Shown: positions 21,157-30,926 of the stretch, one piece after another
Layout of the letters: every line of letters starts with the position of its first letter
How positions within the stretch are numbered: position 1 is the stretch's first letter
Assembly: GCA_963701965.1 (NCBI GenBank)
Contig: OY969695.1
Span: forward strand, 2,592,001-2,656,000
Reading direction: 5' to 3'
DNA from: an uncultured Gemmatimonadales bacterium
Lineage (GTDB): Bacteria; Gemmatimonadota; Gemmatimonadetes; Gemmatimonadales; Gemmatimonadaceae
Length of the DNA stretch: 64,000 nt
Position numbers and translations under genes: made by a program
Notes under the pieces: generated by a model
Seen by the model: the letters and a program-made list of their open reading frames with translations, nothing else
What the model was told of the DNA's origin: nothing
The model's database searches: none

Positions 21157-22593
21157 TTATGCCGCTGAAACGGCAGCAGATGTCAGCATGTTCCATGTCT
21201 CAGCAACATGCCTCCGCTCCGTCCGCAAATTCCCAATCGCAAGCCGGAGAACAACTCTCCCACCAAGCTTGGTATGCGACAGATACGCCCGCCCAGAACG
21301 GTTGACTTCGTCAAGCACACGCATGTTCACCGCGTCCGCTGTCTCCGGCGCCATCCCACCCGGCTCATACCGAAAGCACACGACCGAGAGCGGCGCCGGC
21401 GCAACCAGCCGCCACTGCGGCTCCGCCCCCACCCACCCGGCAAACTCCCGCGCCAAAGCACAGTGCTCTCGCAGCCGTTCCACCAACCCACTGGCCCCAA
21501 ACGCCCTTATCACCGCCCAAAGCTTGAGCGCCCGGAACCGGCGACCAAGCTGAACACCATAGTCCATGTAGTTCACGACCTCACCGGCAACTGACGTGAC
21601 CAGATAATCCGGCACCAACGCAAACGCCCGCTCGAGCACCGCCGGATGCCGGGTGTAGAACGCCGAGCAGTCGACCGGCGTGAACAACCACTTGTGCGGG
21701 TTCATGACCAGCGAATCCGCACCATCGACGCCGTCGAGGATGTACCGCAGCTCCGGCACCATGGCCGCAACGCCACCATACGCCGCGTCGACATGCAGCC
21801 AGACATCATTCGCACGACAGATCTCCGCGATGTCCGGCACCGGATCGATACTCGTGGTGCTCGTCGTACCGACCGTCGCCACCACAGCGATCGGCAGCAT
21901 GCCCTGCGCGCGATCCGCCGCGATCGCGCGCGCCAGCGCGTCAGGTCGCATGCGATACTCGGCGTCCGCCGCCACGTGCACGACATTATCGCCGCCGAGC
22001 CCCAGCGTGATCGCCGCTTTGTCGATCGACGAGTGCGCATGCTCGGACGCATAGACGCGCAGCGTCGGCAAGTCCCGCCGCCCCGCCATGCCACGCCGCC
22101 GAATGTCCAACTCCGGATGCCGCTCCCGCGCGGCCGCGAGCGCGAGCAACGACGAGATGGACGCGGTGTCCGTGATGATCCCAAACCATCCCGCGCCGAG
22201 CCCCACCAACTGTCGCAGCCAATCCAGCGTCAGCTGCTCCAACTCGGTCGCCGCCGGACTCGTCTTCCACAGCATCCCGTTCACATTGAGCGCCGTCGCC
22301 ACCATCTCGGCAAGGATCGCCGGCGCCGACGCCGAGTTCGCGAAGTAGGCGAGAAACCCCGGGTGATTCCAGTGCGTGATCCCGGGCACCACATATCGCT
22401 CGAAGTCGGCAAAGATCGCGTCCCACGATGCCCCACCGACCGGCGGCGTCGCCGGCAACGCCTCGCGCACGTCTCCCGGCGCGACCCGCGACAACACTGG
22501 ATACTGCTCGACATCAGTGAGATATCGCGCGATCCAGTCGACGACCTCGTGGCCAGCCGCGGCGAACTCGGCCGGCGAGAGCGCGTCCTTCAC
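21157..22593 (-). CDS. PLP-dependent aromatic L-amino acid decarboxylase family protein
   Basis: PGITHWNHPGFLAYF, SPAATELE, AHSSIDKA, HVDAAYGG, NPHKWL, RRFRALKLW. Confidence 0.95.
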   Translation of the reverse strand: MKDALSPAEFAAAGHEVVDWIARYLTDVEQYPVLSRVAPGDVREALPATPPVGGASWDAIFADFERYVVPGITHWNHPGFLAYFANSASAPAILAEMVATALNVNGMLWKTSPAATELEQLTLDWLRQLVGLGAGWFGIITDTASISSLLALAAARERHPELDIRRRGMAGRRDLPTLRVYASEHAHSSIDKAAITLGLGGDNVVHVAADAEYRMRPDALARAIAADRAQGMLPIAVVATVGTTSTTSIDPVPDIAEICRANDVWLHVDAAYGGVAAMVPELRYILDGVDGADSLVMNPHKWLFTPVDCSAFYTRHPAVLERAFALVPDYLVTSVAGEVVNYMDYGVQLGRRFRALKLWAVIRAFGASGLVERLREHCALAREFAGWVGAEPQWRLVAPAPLSVVCFRYEPGGMAPETADAVNMRVLDEVNRSGRAYLSHTKLGGRVVLRLAIGNLRTERRHVAETWNMLTSAAVSAA

Positions 22594-22688
22594 TCGGCCA
22601 CCTCTCCACCTTCCGGCCCAGAGAAGAAGACCCACGCCGCGAAATCCAAGTGCACGTGCATCGTCGGCGTGCCGCGGACAGTCGGCAT
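22590..22688 (-). CDS. Putative 32-aa upstream peptide (MPTVRGTPTMHVHLDFAAWVFFSGPEGGEVAE)
   Basis: GGAG RBS, TATCTT -10-like box upstream, stop overlaps decarboxylase GTG (GTGA). Confidence 0.4.
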   Translation of the reverse strand: MPTVRGTPTMHVHLDFAAWVFFSGPEGGEVAE

Positions 22689-22737
22689 CGCGTTCTCCGT
22701 TGGGGGGGACGCAAAGATACCGGCGTGGGGCGAAACG

Positions 22738-22773
22738 CACGAAGGCCCGGGTCTGATCCCCCGGGCCTTCGTG
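22738..22773. terminator. Strong hairpin, probable terminator downstream of the fahA/BECR-like genes
   Basis: CACGAAGGCCCGGG...CCCGGGCCTTCGTG 14-bp stem; weak U-tract on minus strand. Confidence 0.55.
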
Positions 22774-22865
22774 TTCACAGTGACCACTGGCCGGCCGCGC
22801 GTGTTCCCGGCATTCTGTGTCGCAGACCCATTCGGGTACGCCTGGCGGAGCGCGAATTTCCGCCC

Positions 22866-23279
22866 TCAGTGGCCACCATCGATTTCTCTCACCGCAAATC
22901 TAGCGTTCCGCAACATGCGTTGCAACGACCGCCCCCTCATCAAATGCAAGGTGGAGATCCAAATCTCGTCGCTTCCGCTATGGCTCTTCGCTTCGCTCAC
23001 GAACTTAAAACAGATCCTCAGCCAACACTGCGGTCGACCCAACACCCGCTCGATGATGAAGAACCGCCGCTCATCATGCAGTTCGCGTCCGCAGTAATCG
23101 GGATTGAACACTCTTCGGCGCAGAACATCGACGATCGCTCCCAACTCGTCGACCAGTCGCTGCCCGACGATGTGAGCCATCGTGCTCTCCTCGAGCATCA
23201 CCGCTCGGGTCGACGAACGGAGGCCGAGAGCCACGCACACGTGCTCGGGCAACTCGCCCACGACCTTGAACTGACGCAC
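22866..23279 (-). CDS. Orphan protein resembling PBECR3-type (BECR-fold) nuclease
   Basis: VGELPEHVCVALGL...STMAHI...NPDYCG...IWISTLHL pattern; lower GC than neighbours. Confidence 0.5.
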   Translation of the reverse strand: MRQFKVVGELPEHVCVALGLRSSTRAVMLEESTMAHIVGQRLVDELGAIVDVLRRRVFNPDYCGRELHDERRFFIIERVLGRPQCWLRICFKFVSEAKSHSGSDEIWISTLHLMRGRSLQRMLRNARFAVREIDGGH

Positions 23280-23327
23280 GCCATTCGATATCGCGGCGCG
23301 TCAGCCCGGCGTCAGCTCCCACGCGAT

Positions 23328-24647
23328 CTACGTGGCGGCCGCCACCACGCCCCGGCAATCGCCGAAGCCGATGCGCGCAAAGCCCGCGCGCTCGCAGGAT
23401 GCCCGGAGCGTGATCTCGTCGTCGTCCGCCAAGAACGCCCGCGTCTCGCCCGTCGGCAGCGTCAGCGGCGCCGCGCCACGGCGCGTCAGCTCAAGCAGAC
23501 AGCCCAGCGAGTCCGGCGTCGGCCCCGAGACCGTGCCACTCGCCAGCAGATCTCCCGGACGAAGCGGACAGCCATTGCTCGCGTGATGCGTGAGCAGTTG
23601 CGCCGGTGTCCAGTACATGTCGCGAAAGTGTCCGCGACTAAGCCGGATCGCCGTGTTGCGCGCCGCCCGCATGCGCGCGCTCGTCAACCACACGTCCAGC
23701 ACCAAGTCCACGCCCCCCGCATCATGATCCGCCGGCAATGCCAGATACGGGAGCGGCGCCGGATCGCCCGCCGGCCGCACCGCCGCCGGCACCCGATACG
23801 GCGCCAACGCGTCCCGCGTCACCACCCAGGGCGACACCGTCGTCGCGAAACTCTTCGCCAGGAACGGACCGAGCGGTTGGTACTCCCAGGACTGGACGTC
23901 GCGCGCCGACCAATCGTTCACCAGGCAAAACCCGAACATGTGGTACTCCGCATCCGCCAGCGGAATCGGCGCCCCCTGCGCATTGCCCGTCCCCACGAAC
24001 AACCCCACCTCGGCCTCATAATCGAGCGACCGCGTCGGCGCGAAGACCGGCACCTCGGCTTCCGCCGTCTTGATCTGCCCCCACGGCCGCCGCACCGGCG
24101 TCCCACTCGGCACCAGCGACGACGCCCGCCCGTGGTACCCGATCGGCACGTACTTGTAGTTCGGCAGGAGCGGATTATCCGGCCGGAACATCCGCCCGAC
24201 ATTCGTCGCGTGGTGGATCGACGCGTAAAAGTCGGAGTAGTCGCCAATCGCCGCCGGCAGCCGCATCGTCACCTTCCCCTGCGACACCAAAATGCGATCC
24301 GCGGCCCCTTTCGCCCGGCGCCCCGCGCCCGTGTCGTCGCTGAGGAGCACGCTCACCTGCGCCCGCAACGACCGCCACGCCGATGGCCCCAGCGCCAGCA
24401 GCGCGTTGAGCGCCCCATCGACACACCGCTCGGCCGCCGTCTCGGCCTCGCCGGTGAAGAGCCCGACGCTCCGCGCCTCCGCGATGTCCAGAATCTCGGT
24501 CCCAATGGCGATGCCGACGCGACCCGGTCCTTGCGCATCCCGGGCGAACACGCCGAACGGCAGATTTTGGATCGGAAAATCGGTACCCGGCATGTGCGCC
24601 GAGCCCACCCAGGAACGCAGCGAGGCCCGATGCGTGTCGTCGATCAC
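23328..24647 (-). CDS. fahA: Fumarylacetoacetase
   Basis: DFPIQNLPFGVF, YHGRASS, LDYEAEV, NDWSARDVQSWEYQPLGPFLAKSF. Confidence 0.96.
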   Translation of the reverse strand: MIDDTHRASLRSWVGSAHMPGTDFPIQNLPFGVFARDAQGPGRVGIAIGTEILDIAEARSVGLFTGEAETAAERCVDGALNALLALGPSAWRSLRAQVSVLLSDDTGAGRRAKGAADRILVSQGKVTMRLPAAIGDYSDFYASIHHATNVGRMFRPDNPLLPNYKYVPIGYHGRASSLVPSGTPVRRPWGQIKTAEAEVPVFAPTRSLDYEAEVGLFVGTGNAQGAPIPLADAEYHMFGFCLVNDWSARDVQSWEYQPLGPFLAKSFATTVSPWVVTRDALAPYRVPAAVRPAGDPAPLPYLALPADHDAGGVDLVLDVWLTSARMRAARNTAIRLSRGHFRDMYWTPAQLLTHHASNGCPLRPGDLLASGTVSGPTPDSLGCLLELTRRGAAPLTLPTGETRAFLADDDEITLRASCERAGFARIGFGDCRGVVAAAT

Positions 24648-25573
24648 GCGATGAGGCGCAACGCGCGCAGCTCGTCGATCGGCTCCTGGAACGAGCACGA
24701 GCCAAACGAGAGCGCGTAGTTGGCCCGCGCGGCCGTGACCGCGGGCGTCGTGATCCGGCGGTTGCGCCACGTGATCCCGCCATCGACAAACGCGAACGCG
24801 TCGGCCGACGTCTCCTCCATCATCGCGACCGCGTCGTTGGCCGGAATCCCCGTGCGCACGAAGGCGGCGGCGCAGAACACATTCAGGAATCCATGCATGA
24901 CGGCCGACGCGCTGTCCGGCGCGTACGTCAGCCGGTACGGGCCGCGGGCGGCATGATGCAGACCCGCGGTCGCCTTGAGCGGCACCGCGGCTCGCGCGCA
25001 CGCGCGGAGAAATCGCACGACCTCGGCCACCGCCGGGATCGCGTCCGGCGTCACCCCACCCGTGCGAATCTTCGCCTGCGCGCCCGCGCGCGACAGCTCG
25101 CCGATCAACGCCAATGGATCCGCCGCGGTCGGGATCTCGACCACCAGGATCACATCCGTCGGACACGCCTGGGTCAGCACCGCGATCTCCGCCGCCGTCG
25201 ACGCGCGTGCTTCGACCACGTCGATCGTCGCACGCCCCGACCCTCGGCCCGGGCGGTGCCGGCGATTGAACTCGGCCACCCGGGCGACATCGGACCCCAC
25301 GTCCGGGCCGGCGAGCGCGCTCAGATGCCACGCGGCGCCCACACTGGCGCGCGTCAGGAACGGCGCCGCCACCGTCTCGAATTCCTCGAGTCGGGCGGCC
25401 GGCACGATAAAGCGGCCAAGGAAACGGCGATCCGCGTCCGTTTGATAGGCCGCATAGTTGCGCACTGCCGTCGGCATATCGAGACTCGCCGGAGGAAAAA
25501 GACCGGCATAGTCGATCAACCCGGCCATCAGCGCCTCGATCGCGGCGTGCGGAGTCGAATCCGGCACAGGCAT
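24644..25573 (-). CDS. Conserved hypothetical protein (LIDYAGLFPPA family)
   Basis: GLIDYAGLFPPA, AKIRTGG, KATAGLHH, HGFLN, SFGSCSFQEP; GTGA coupling to fahA. Confidence 0.85.
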   Translation of the reverse strand: MPVPDSTPHAAIEALMAGLIDYAGLFPPASLDMPTAVRNYAAYQTDADRRFLGRFIVPAARLEEFETVAAPFLTRASVGAAWHLSALAGPDVGSDVARVAEFNRRHRPGRGSGRATIDVVEARASTAAEIAVLTQACPTDVILVVEIPTAADPLALIGELSRAGAQAKIRTGGVTPDAIPAVAEVVRFLRACARAAVPLKATAGLHHAARGPYRLTYAPDSASAVMHGFLNVFCAAAFVRTGIPANDAVAMMEETSADAFAFVDGGITWRNRRITTPAVTAARANYALSFGSCSFQEPIDELRALRLIA

Positions 25574-25757
25574 AATATCAACCGGAATGACCGGCCGCGA
25601 AACACCAGCCGCCTCCCAGGCGGCCAGTTGTTCTATCGCCCAAGTCGCCCAGCCCCTGCCCCCGATTTTCTCGGCGCCGCTTGGCGCACCGCAACGACCC
25701 CTCTGGCAGGCCCACGCCAGCCCCGCATCTCCCGTTGGCGCCCCTTCGCACGCCGAG

Positions 25758-26022
25758 ACCACGGCTTTTCGGCCGACGTGAATACGCTACCGTCCCCGAA
25801 GCTCACAGTCCCCATACGCCCGTGATGCCCCTGACTCTCGATCCGAGCACGGCGATCATTCGTCGCAGAAAACCGCGGCCTTCTGGGCGACGTACGCTAC
25901 CATCCCCGGAATCTCACGGTGCCCCACGCCCGTGATCCCTCCAGACTCACGATCGGAGCACGGCGATCATTCGTCGCAGGCGGCCTGCTGTACCGAGACG
26001 CCGGAGACGAATGATCGCCGTG
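25758..26022. repeat. Imperfect ~112-bp direct duplication ending in copies of the parS-proximal hairpin family
   Basis: GAGCACGGCGATCATTCGTCGCAG at ~25845 and ~25956; second copy is a full hairpin. Confidence 0.8.
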
Positions 26023-26095
26023 CGACCCCGCGCATCGCCGTACGACCCCGCGCAGTCGCCGTACGACCCCGCGCAACGCCATACGACCCCGCGCG
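26022..26095. repeat. 20-21-bp tandem repeat (TACGACCCCGCGCA(G)TCGCCG) x~4
   Basis: Read directly. Confidence 0.85.
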
Positions 26096-26103
26096 TCCGC
26101 AGG

Positions 26104-27141
26104 CTACATCGTGAGCACGATCTTCCCAATGTGCTCACTAGAGTCGATCCGCCGATGAGCGTCGACAACCTGCGCCAGCGGATAGGTATGGTCGATGACC
26201 GGCCTTACCCGCTCAGTCTCGAGCAACGGCCAGACCTCAGCCAGCAACTCCCGCGCAATGACGCCTTTCTCCCCGGGCGACCGGGGCCGCAACGTCGACC
26301 CCGTCACCGTCAGCCGCTTCCGCATGACGACATGGAGATCGACCTCGACCTTGCTCCCTTCGAGCAGCGAGATCTGCACCAACCTCCCGTCCACCGCCAA
26401 CGCCGCCAAATTCCGCGCGACATACGGCCCCCCGACCATGTCGAGGATGAGCTGAACCCCCACGCCACCCGTGCGCTCCCGCACCTCGGCGACAAAATCG
26501 CTCTCCCGGTAGTTGAACGCCGCGACCGCGCCAAGCTTCACCGCGGCCGCGCATTTGACGTCCGATCCCGCGGTCGCGAACACCCGCGCCCCAAACGCAT
26601 GCGCCAGCTGGATGGCCGTCGTGCCGATCCCACTCGCCCCACCATGGACGAGAAAGGACTCACCAGCCGCCAACCTCCCGCGCTGAAACACGTTCGTCCA
26701 GACCGTGAAGAACGTCTCGGGAATCGCCGCCGCCTCGATCATGGACAACCCCGCCGGCACCGGCAGACACTGCACGGCCGGCGCCGCGCAATACTCCGCG
26801 TACCCCCCACCGGCCACGAGCGCGCAGACCGCATCCCCCAGCGCCCAGTCACCCGCCCCCACCCCACGCGCCACGACGCGCCCCGCCACCTCGAGCCCGA
26901 GGATCGGCGACGCCCCGGGCGGCGGCGGATACGTCCCCAGTCGCTGCGCGACGTCCGGACGATTAACCCCTGCCGCCTCGACCTCGATCAAGACCCCGTC
27001 CTCCGGCACATCCGGCACCGGCCCGGTCGCCAGCACCATGACGTCCGGCGGCCCACCTCCCGGCACCCTCACGTCGACATACCGCATCGTCGACGGGATG
27101 GCCGACGCCCCGCCGGGCGCGATCGCCGCCGCCCGCGCCAT
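26104..27141 (-). CDS. NAD(P)H-quinone oxidoreductase, PIG3 family
   Basis: AAGVNRPDV, LGLEVAG, PETFFTVW, HGGASGIG, TGSTLRPR. Confidence 0.94.
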   Translation of the reverse strand: MARAAAIAPGGASAIPSTMRYVDVRVPGGGPPDVMVLATGPVPDVPEDGVLIEVEAAGVNRPDVAQRLGTYPPPPGASPILGLEVAGRVVARGVGAGDWALGDAVCALVAGGGYAEYCAAPAVQCLPVPAGLSMIEAAAIPETFFTVWTNVFQRGRLAAGESFLVHGGASGIGTTAIQLAHAFGARVFATAGSDVKCAAAVKLGAVAAFNYRESDFVAEVRERTGGVGVQLILDMVGGPYVARNLAALAVDGRLVQISLLEGSKVEVDLHVVMRKRLTVTGSTLRPRSPGEKGVIARELLAEVWPLLETERVRPVIDHTYPLAQVVDAHRRIDSSEHIGKIVLTM

Positions 27142-28040
27142 CACGCGCGCCCGTTCCCAGCGCCCAACCCCGCATTCTCCGCCGCGACACGCCCCAACAC
27201 CGCCTGATCCCGCGTCTCGTACCCGCGCGCCAGCGCGGTAACGAACGCATCCCGCACCACGCTGGCGATCGGCATCGGCACCCGGAGCGCCTCGGCCGCC
27301 GACAGGCACAGTCGCACGTCCTTGAGCGCCAACGGCACCGCAAACCCCGCCTTCTCGTCCGCCCCCGCCGCGATCAGATCCCCGTACGTCCGGTAGACCG
27401 GCGCGTTGAACAAGGATGTCGTCAGCAACTCCTTGTACTGCTCCACGTCCACCCCACCCTTCCGCACCAGCGCAAACGCCTCCGCCAGCGACTCGATCGC
27501 GGACTGCAGCAGGAAGTTGCCCGAGAGCTTGATCAGGTTCGCCGCCACCGGATCCGTCCCCACCCGATACGTCCGCTGTCCGACCACGTCGAATATCGGC
27601 TGCATGGCCGTCACCGCGTCGTCCGGACCCGCGACCACTACGAAGAGCTTCCCGGCCGCCGCCGCATCCGGCCGCCCGAACACGGGCGCCGAGATGAACC
27701 GCTGCCCCGCCTTCGCATGCGCCTCGACCAACCGGCGCGACAACGCCACGCTGATGGTGCTCATGGAGACGTGCACGGCGCCGGTATCGAGCACGTCCAG
27801 GATGCCGTCCGCCGCGAACACCACATGCTCCAGCGCGTCGTCCGCCGCCACCATCGTAATCACCGCATCCGCCCCACGCGCCGCCGCCTCGGGCGTCTCG
27901 GCGACCACCGCCCCGCGCTCCCGGAGCGACGCGGCCCGCGCCGCCGTCCGGTTGTAGACCGCCAGCGCGTGGCCGGCGGCCAAAAGCCGCTCCGCCATAG
28001 CGTGGCCCATCTGCCCGAGCCCCACAAATCCAATGCGCAT
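27141..28040 (-). CDS. NAD(P)-dependent beta-hydroxyacid dehydrogenase family protein
   Basis: IGFVGLGQMG, YNRT, SAPVFGRP, IKLSGN. Confidence 0.93.
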   Translation of the reverse strand: MRIGFVGLGQMGHAMAERLLAAGHALAVYNRTAARAASLRERGAVVAETPEAAARGADAVITMVAADDALEHVVFAADGILDVLDTGAVHVSMSTISVALSRRLVEAHAKAGQRFISAPVFGRPDAAAAGKLFVVVAGPDDAVTAMQPIFDVVGQRTYRVGTDPVAANLIKLSGNFLLQSAIESLAEAFALVRKGGVDVEQYKELLTTSLFNAPVYRTYGDLIAAGADEKAGFAVPLALKDVRLCLSAAEALRVPMPIASVVRDAFVTALARGYETRDQAVLGRVAAENAGLGAGNGRA

Positions 28041-28104
28041 ATATGGGCGAATCTAACGACCCCCCGTGACAGGCCCGTGATCGGGCGCGACAATACTTGG
28101 CAGT

Positions 28105-29490
28105 ATGCGCTACGACCTGATCTCCATCGGCAGCGGACCGGCCGGCCAGCGCGCCGCCGTCCAGGCCGCGAAGCTCGGCCGTTCGGCTGCGATCATCGAG
28201 GCCGGCAGCATGGGCGGCGTCTGTACCGCCACCGGCACGATTCCCAGCAAGACGTTCCGGGAAGCCGTGATGTCGTTCGCCGCCCCATCGGTCGCCCTGG
28301 ACAACGGGCCCCGCGTGAGAGCCAGGCCGAGCGCGACCGAGCTCCTTGCCCGCGTCGAACAAGTGATCGAACGCGAAGCCAACGTCATCGCCAACCAGCT
28401 CGGCAGGAATGGCGTGGAGATGGTGCAAGGCAAGGCGTCATTCGTCGACCCACACACGATCCTGGTGCAGACCGCGGACGGCACGCGGCGCCTCGAGGCC
28501 GAGCACGTCCTGATCGCCGTGGGGACGACCCCCGCGCCGCCGCCCGGCGCCGCGTCCAATGGCGAGTTCATTCTGACCAGCGACGATATCGGCGGCCTCA
28601 AGCGCCTGCCCCAGTCCATCACCGTCGTCGGCGCCGGCGTCATCGGCGTCGAGTACGCCTCGATGTTCGCCGCCCTCGGCATCAACGTCACGCTCATCGA
28701 CCGGCGGGACCGCCCCCTCGAGTTCCTCGATCAGGAGATCGTCGACGAGCTGTTGCACCAGCTCCGCAAACACAACGTCGCCTACCGGCCCAACGAAGCC
28801 GTCGACAACGTGGAGCGCGTCACCAACAACGGCGGCGTGCCGCGCGTCGCCCTCACGACCGAGTCGGGCAAGCGCATCGTCTCCGACATGGTCCTGTTCT
28901 CGGTCGGCCGCACCGGAGCCACCGCGGGTTTGGAGCTGGAACGCGCCGGCCTCGCGGCCGACGACCGCGGCCGCCTCGCCGTGGACGAGCACTTCCGGAC
29001 AGCCGTGCCGCACATCTACGCCGCGGGCGACGTCATCGGATATCCCAGTCTCGCCGCGACGTCCAGTGAACAAGGCCGCCTGGCGGCGTGCCACGCCCTC
29101 GGCGCGTCGGCGCGGCCCATGGCGCCGCACTTCCCCATCGGCATCTACGCGATTCCCGAAGTGAGCATGGTCGGTGCACCCGAGCACGAGCTCACCAAGC
29201 AAAAAATCCCGTATGAGATCGGCGTCGCGCGATACCGGGAGATCGCCCGCGGTCAGATTTTGGGCGACGACAGCGGCTACTTCAAGATGCTGTTCCACCG
29301 CGCCGATCGCCGGTTGCTCGGCGTGCACATCATGGGCACGAACGCCACCGAACTGCTGCACATCGGTCAGGCCGTGCTCGGCCTGGGCGGCGGACTGGAT
29401 TATTTCCTGGAGACCGTCTTCAACTACCCGACCCTCGCCGAGTGCTACAAGGTCGCCGCGCTCAACGCCGCGAATAAGTTCGCCGCGTAA
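28105..29490 (+). CDS. sthA: Soluble pyridine nucleotide transhydrogenase
   Basis: GSGPAGQRAA, GTIPSKTFREA, GIYAIPE, VFNYPTLAECYKVAA. Confidence 0.93.
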   Translation: MRYDLISIGSGPAGQRAAVQAAKLGRSAAIIEAGSMGGVCTATGTIPSKTFREAVMSFAAPSVALDNGPRVRARPSATELLARVEQVIEREANVIANQLGRNGVEMVQGKASFVDPHTILVQTADGTRRLEAEHVLIAVGTTPAPPPGAASNGEFILTSDDIGGLKRLPQSITVVGAGVIGVEYASMFAALGINVTLIDRRDRPLEFLDQEIVDELLHQLRKHNVAYRPNEAVDNVERVTNNGGVPRVALTTESGKRIVSDMVLFSVGRTGATAGLELERAGLAADDRGRLAVDEHFRTAVPHIYAAGDVIGYPSLAATSSEQGRLAACHALGASARPMAPHFPIGIYAIPEVSMVGAPEHELTKQKIPYEIGVARYREIARGQILGDDSGYFKMLFHRADRRLLGVHIMGTNATELLHIGQAVLGLGGGLDYFLETVFNYPTLAECYKVAALNAANKFAA

Positions 29491-29508
29491 GCGCTGGAAC
29501 CTACGCGC

Positions 29509-30882
29509 TCACTCTCTGGACGTCGCCTTCGTCCAAATGACGATGGCCGAACACCGCGTCACGCCCGCCATGGCGATCATGCCGGCCGGTACTTCCTCTG
29601 GCTGATACGCCTCGACGGCAATGACGTCGTTGCCCGGGACCGCGGTGTCGATCGCGCCGCGCGGCACGTCGGTGAACGGAAACCCGTCGATCGAATACAC
29701 GACACAGGAGCGTCCGGTGCCCACGCCGCGCCCCTGCGTGATGTACTGCTGGTTGTTGCGCCCCGTCCGTACGGTGAACCCGGGAAGCCGGCGCGCGATG
29801 TCCGACACCACCTCTCCCTCCGTGTTCCCGAGGCGGTCACCGGTCAGGAACGTGCCGAGGCCAATGTGCTGGCGCTTGTTGAACCCGACCCGCTCCAGCG
29901 CGACGTTCCGGACCGCTTGCACATTGACCGTCGACAGCGTTGGCGGCGCATGGCCGAGCGTGAGCGCCAGACGGAGCGGGTCCTCCGTCGACAGTGTGAC
30001 CGCCGTGTCCGTGGCCCGGTACCCCACCTTGCGCATCTCGATCGTCTGCGATCCGCCCGGCAATCCCCGGAGCGCGAACACCCCGCTGTCCGACGTCGTC
30101 GTCTTGACGTTCGACCCCGTCACCGCCACATCGACATGCGCGACCGGCGCGTCATGCTCATCGACAATGCGGCCCGTGACCACCGCCGTGCCGCGCCCGA
30201 GCGTATCGAGCCGCAGCGTCACCATCGCCAGCGCCCGATGCGAGAGATCGGCCACGATCTCGCCCGTGACGAACTTGCCGCGGGTCGCCACCACGGTGCC
30301 GCTCGAGCCCGGCGGGATGCCGCACAGGCGATATGTCCCGCTGGCATCCGTCTTGGTTTCGCGCGAGCCCCGCGTCTTGGTGAGATGCTTCCCGTCCACG
30401 ACGTACGAGACCCACGCGTAGCGCACGATCGCGCTCGCGATCCCGCCCTCGCTGCCCGCGTTCAGCACATGGCCGAGCACCACCGCGTTCCCCAACGCCC
30501 GGTCGGCCTCCGAGCAATACAGCGCCACCACGCTCGGCACGGACGGCGTGGCCAGGATGACCGTCGTCACCGAGTCCGCGCCGAATTTGAGGTCTTTGGT
30601 CGCGATCGACACATCGATCGAGTCCAGGAGCGGATCAAAGACCCCGATCGCGTGCGCGCCGGGGGGAATGCTGTCAATGTAGAATCGGCCCGTCGAGTCG
30701 ACGCTGGCATGCCGGTCGGTCCCCGCGACGATGACCTCCGCGCCCCGCAGGACACCACCGTGCACGCTGTCAATGACCGCGCCAACAAGCGCGGAATAGT
30801 GGGTTGGCGCGGGCGGTTGGGCGGCGGCCGTGACCGCGGTGCCGATCACGGTCAGGAGCAGGGCGATCGAGGGCCGGAACAT
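29509..30882 (-). CDS. Secreted carboxypeptidase-regulatory-like domain protein with plug-like C-terminus
   Basis: Signal peptide, three CarboxypepD_reg-like repeats, C-terminal AVEAY...CSAIVIWTK. Confidence 0.8.
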   Translation of the reverse strand: MFRPSIALLLTVIGTAVTAAAQPPAPTHYSALVGAVIDSVHGGVLRGAEVIVAGTDRHASVDSTGRFYIDSIPPGAHAIGVFDPLLDSIDVSIATKDLKFGADSVTTVILATPSVPSVVALYCSEADRALGNAVVLGHVLNAGSEGGIASAIVRYAWVSYVVDGKHLTKTRGSRETKTDASGTYRLCGIPPGSSGTVVATRGKFVTGEIVADLSHRALAMVTLRLDTLGRGTAVVTGRIVDEHDAPVAHVDVAVTGSNVKTTTSDSGVFALRGLPGGSQTIEMRKVGYRATDTAVTLSTEDPLRLALTLGHAPPTLSTVNVQAVRNVALERVGFNKRQHIGLGTFLTGDRLGNTEGEVVSDIARRLPGFTVRTGRNNQQYITQGRGVGTGRSCVVYSIDGFPFTDVPRGAIDTAVPGNDVIAVEAYQPEEVPAGMIAMAGVTRCSAIVIWTKATSRE

Positions 30883-30926
30883 GGCGGGGCGAATATAGCG
30901 AGTCGTCGACCCGAAATCTCTAGTGT

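Noticed and set aside
21189..21208. Additional parS (TGTTCCATGT...)
   Set aside because: Only a half-site match, within a CDS
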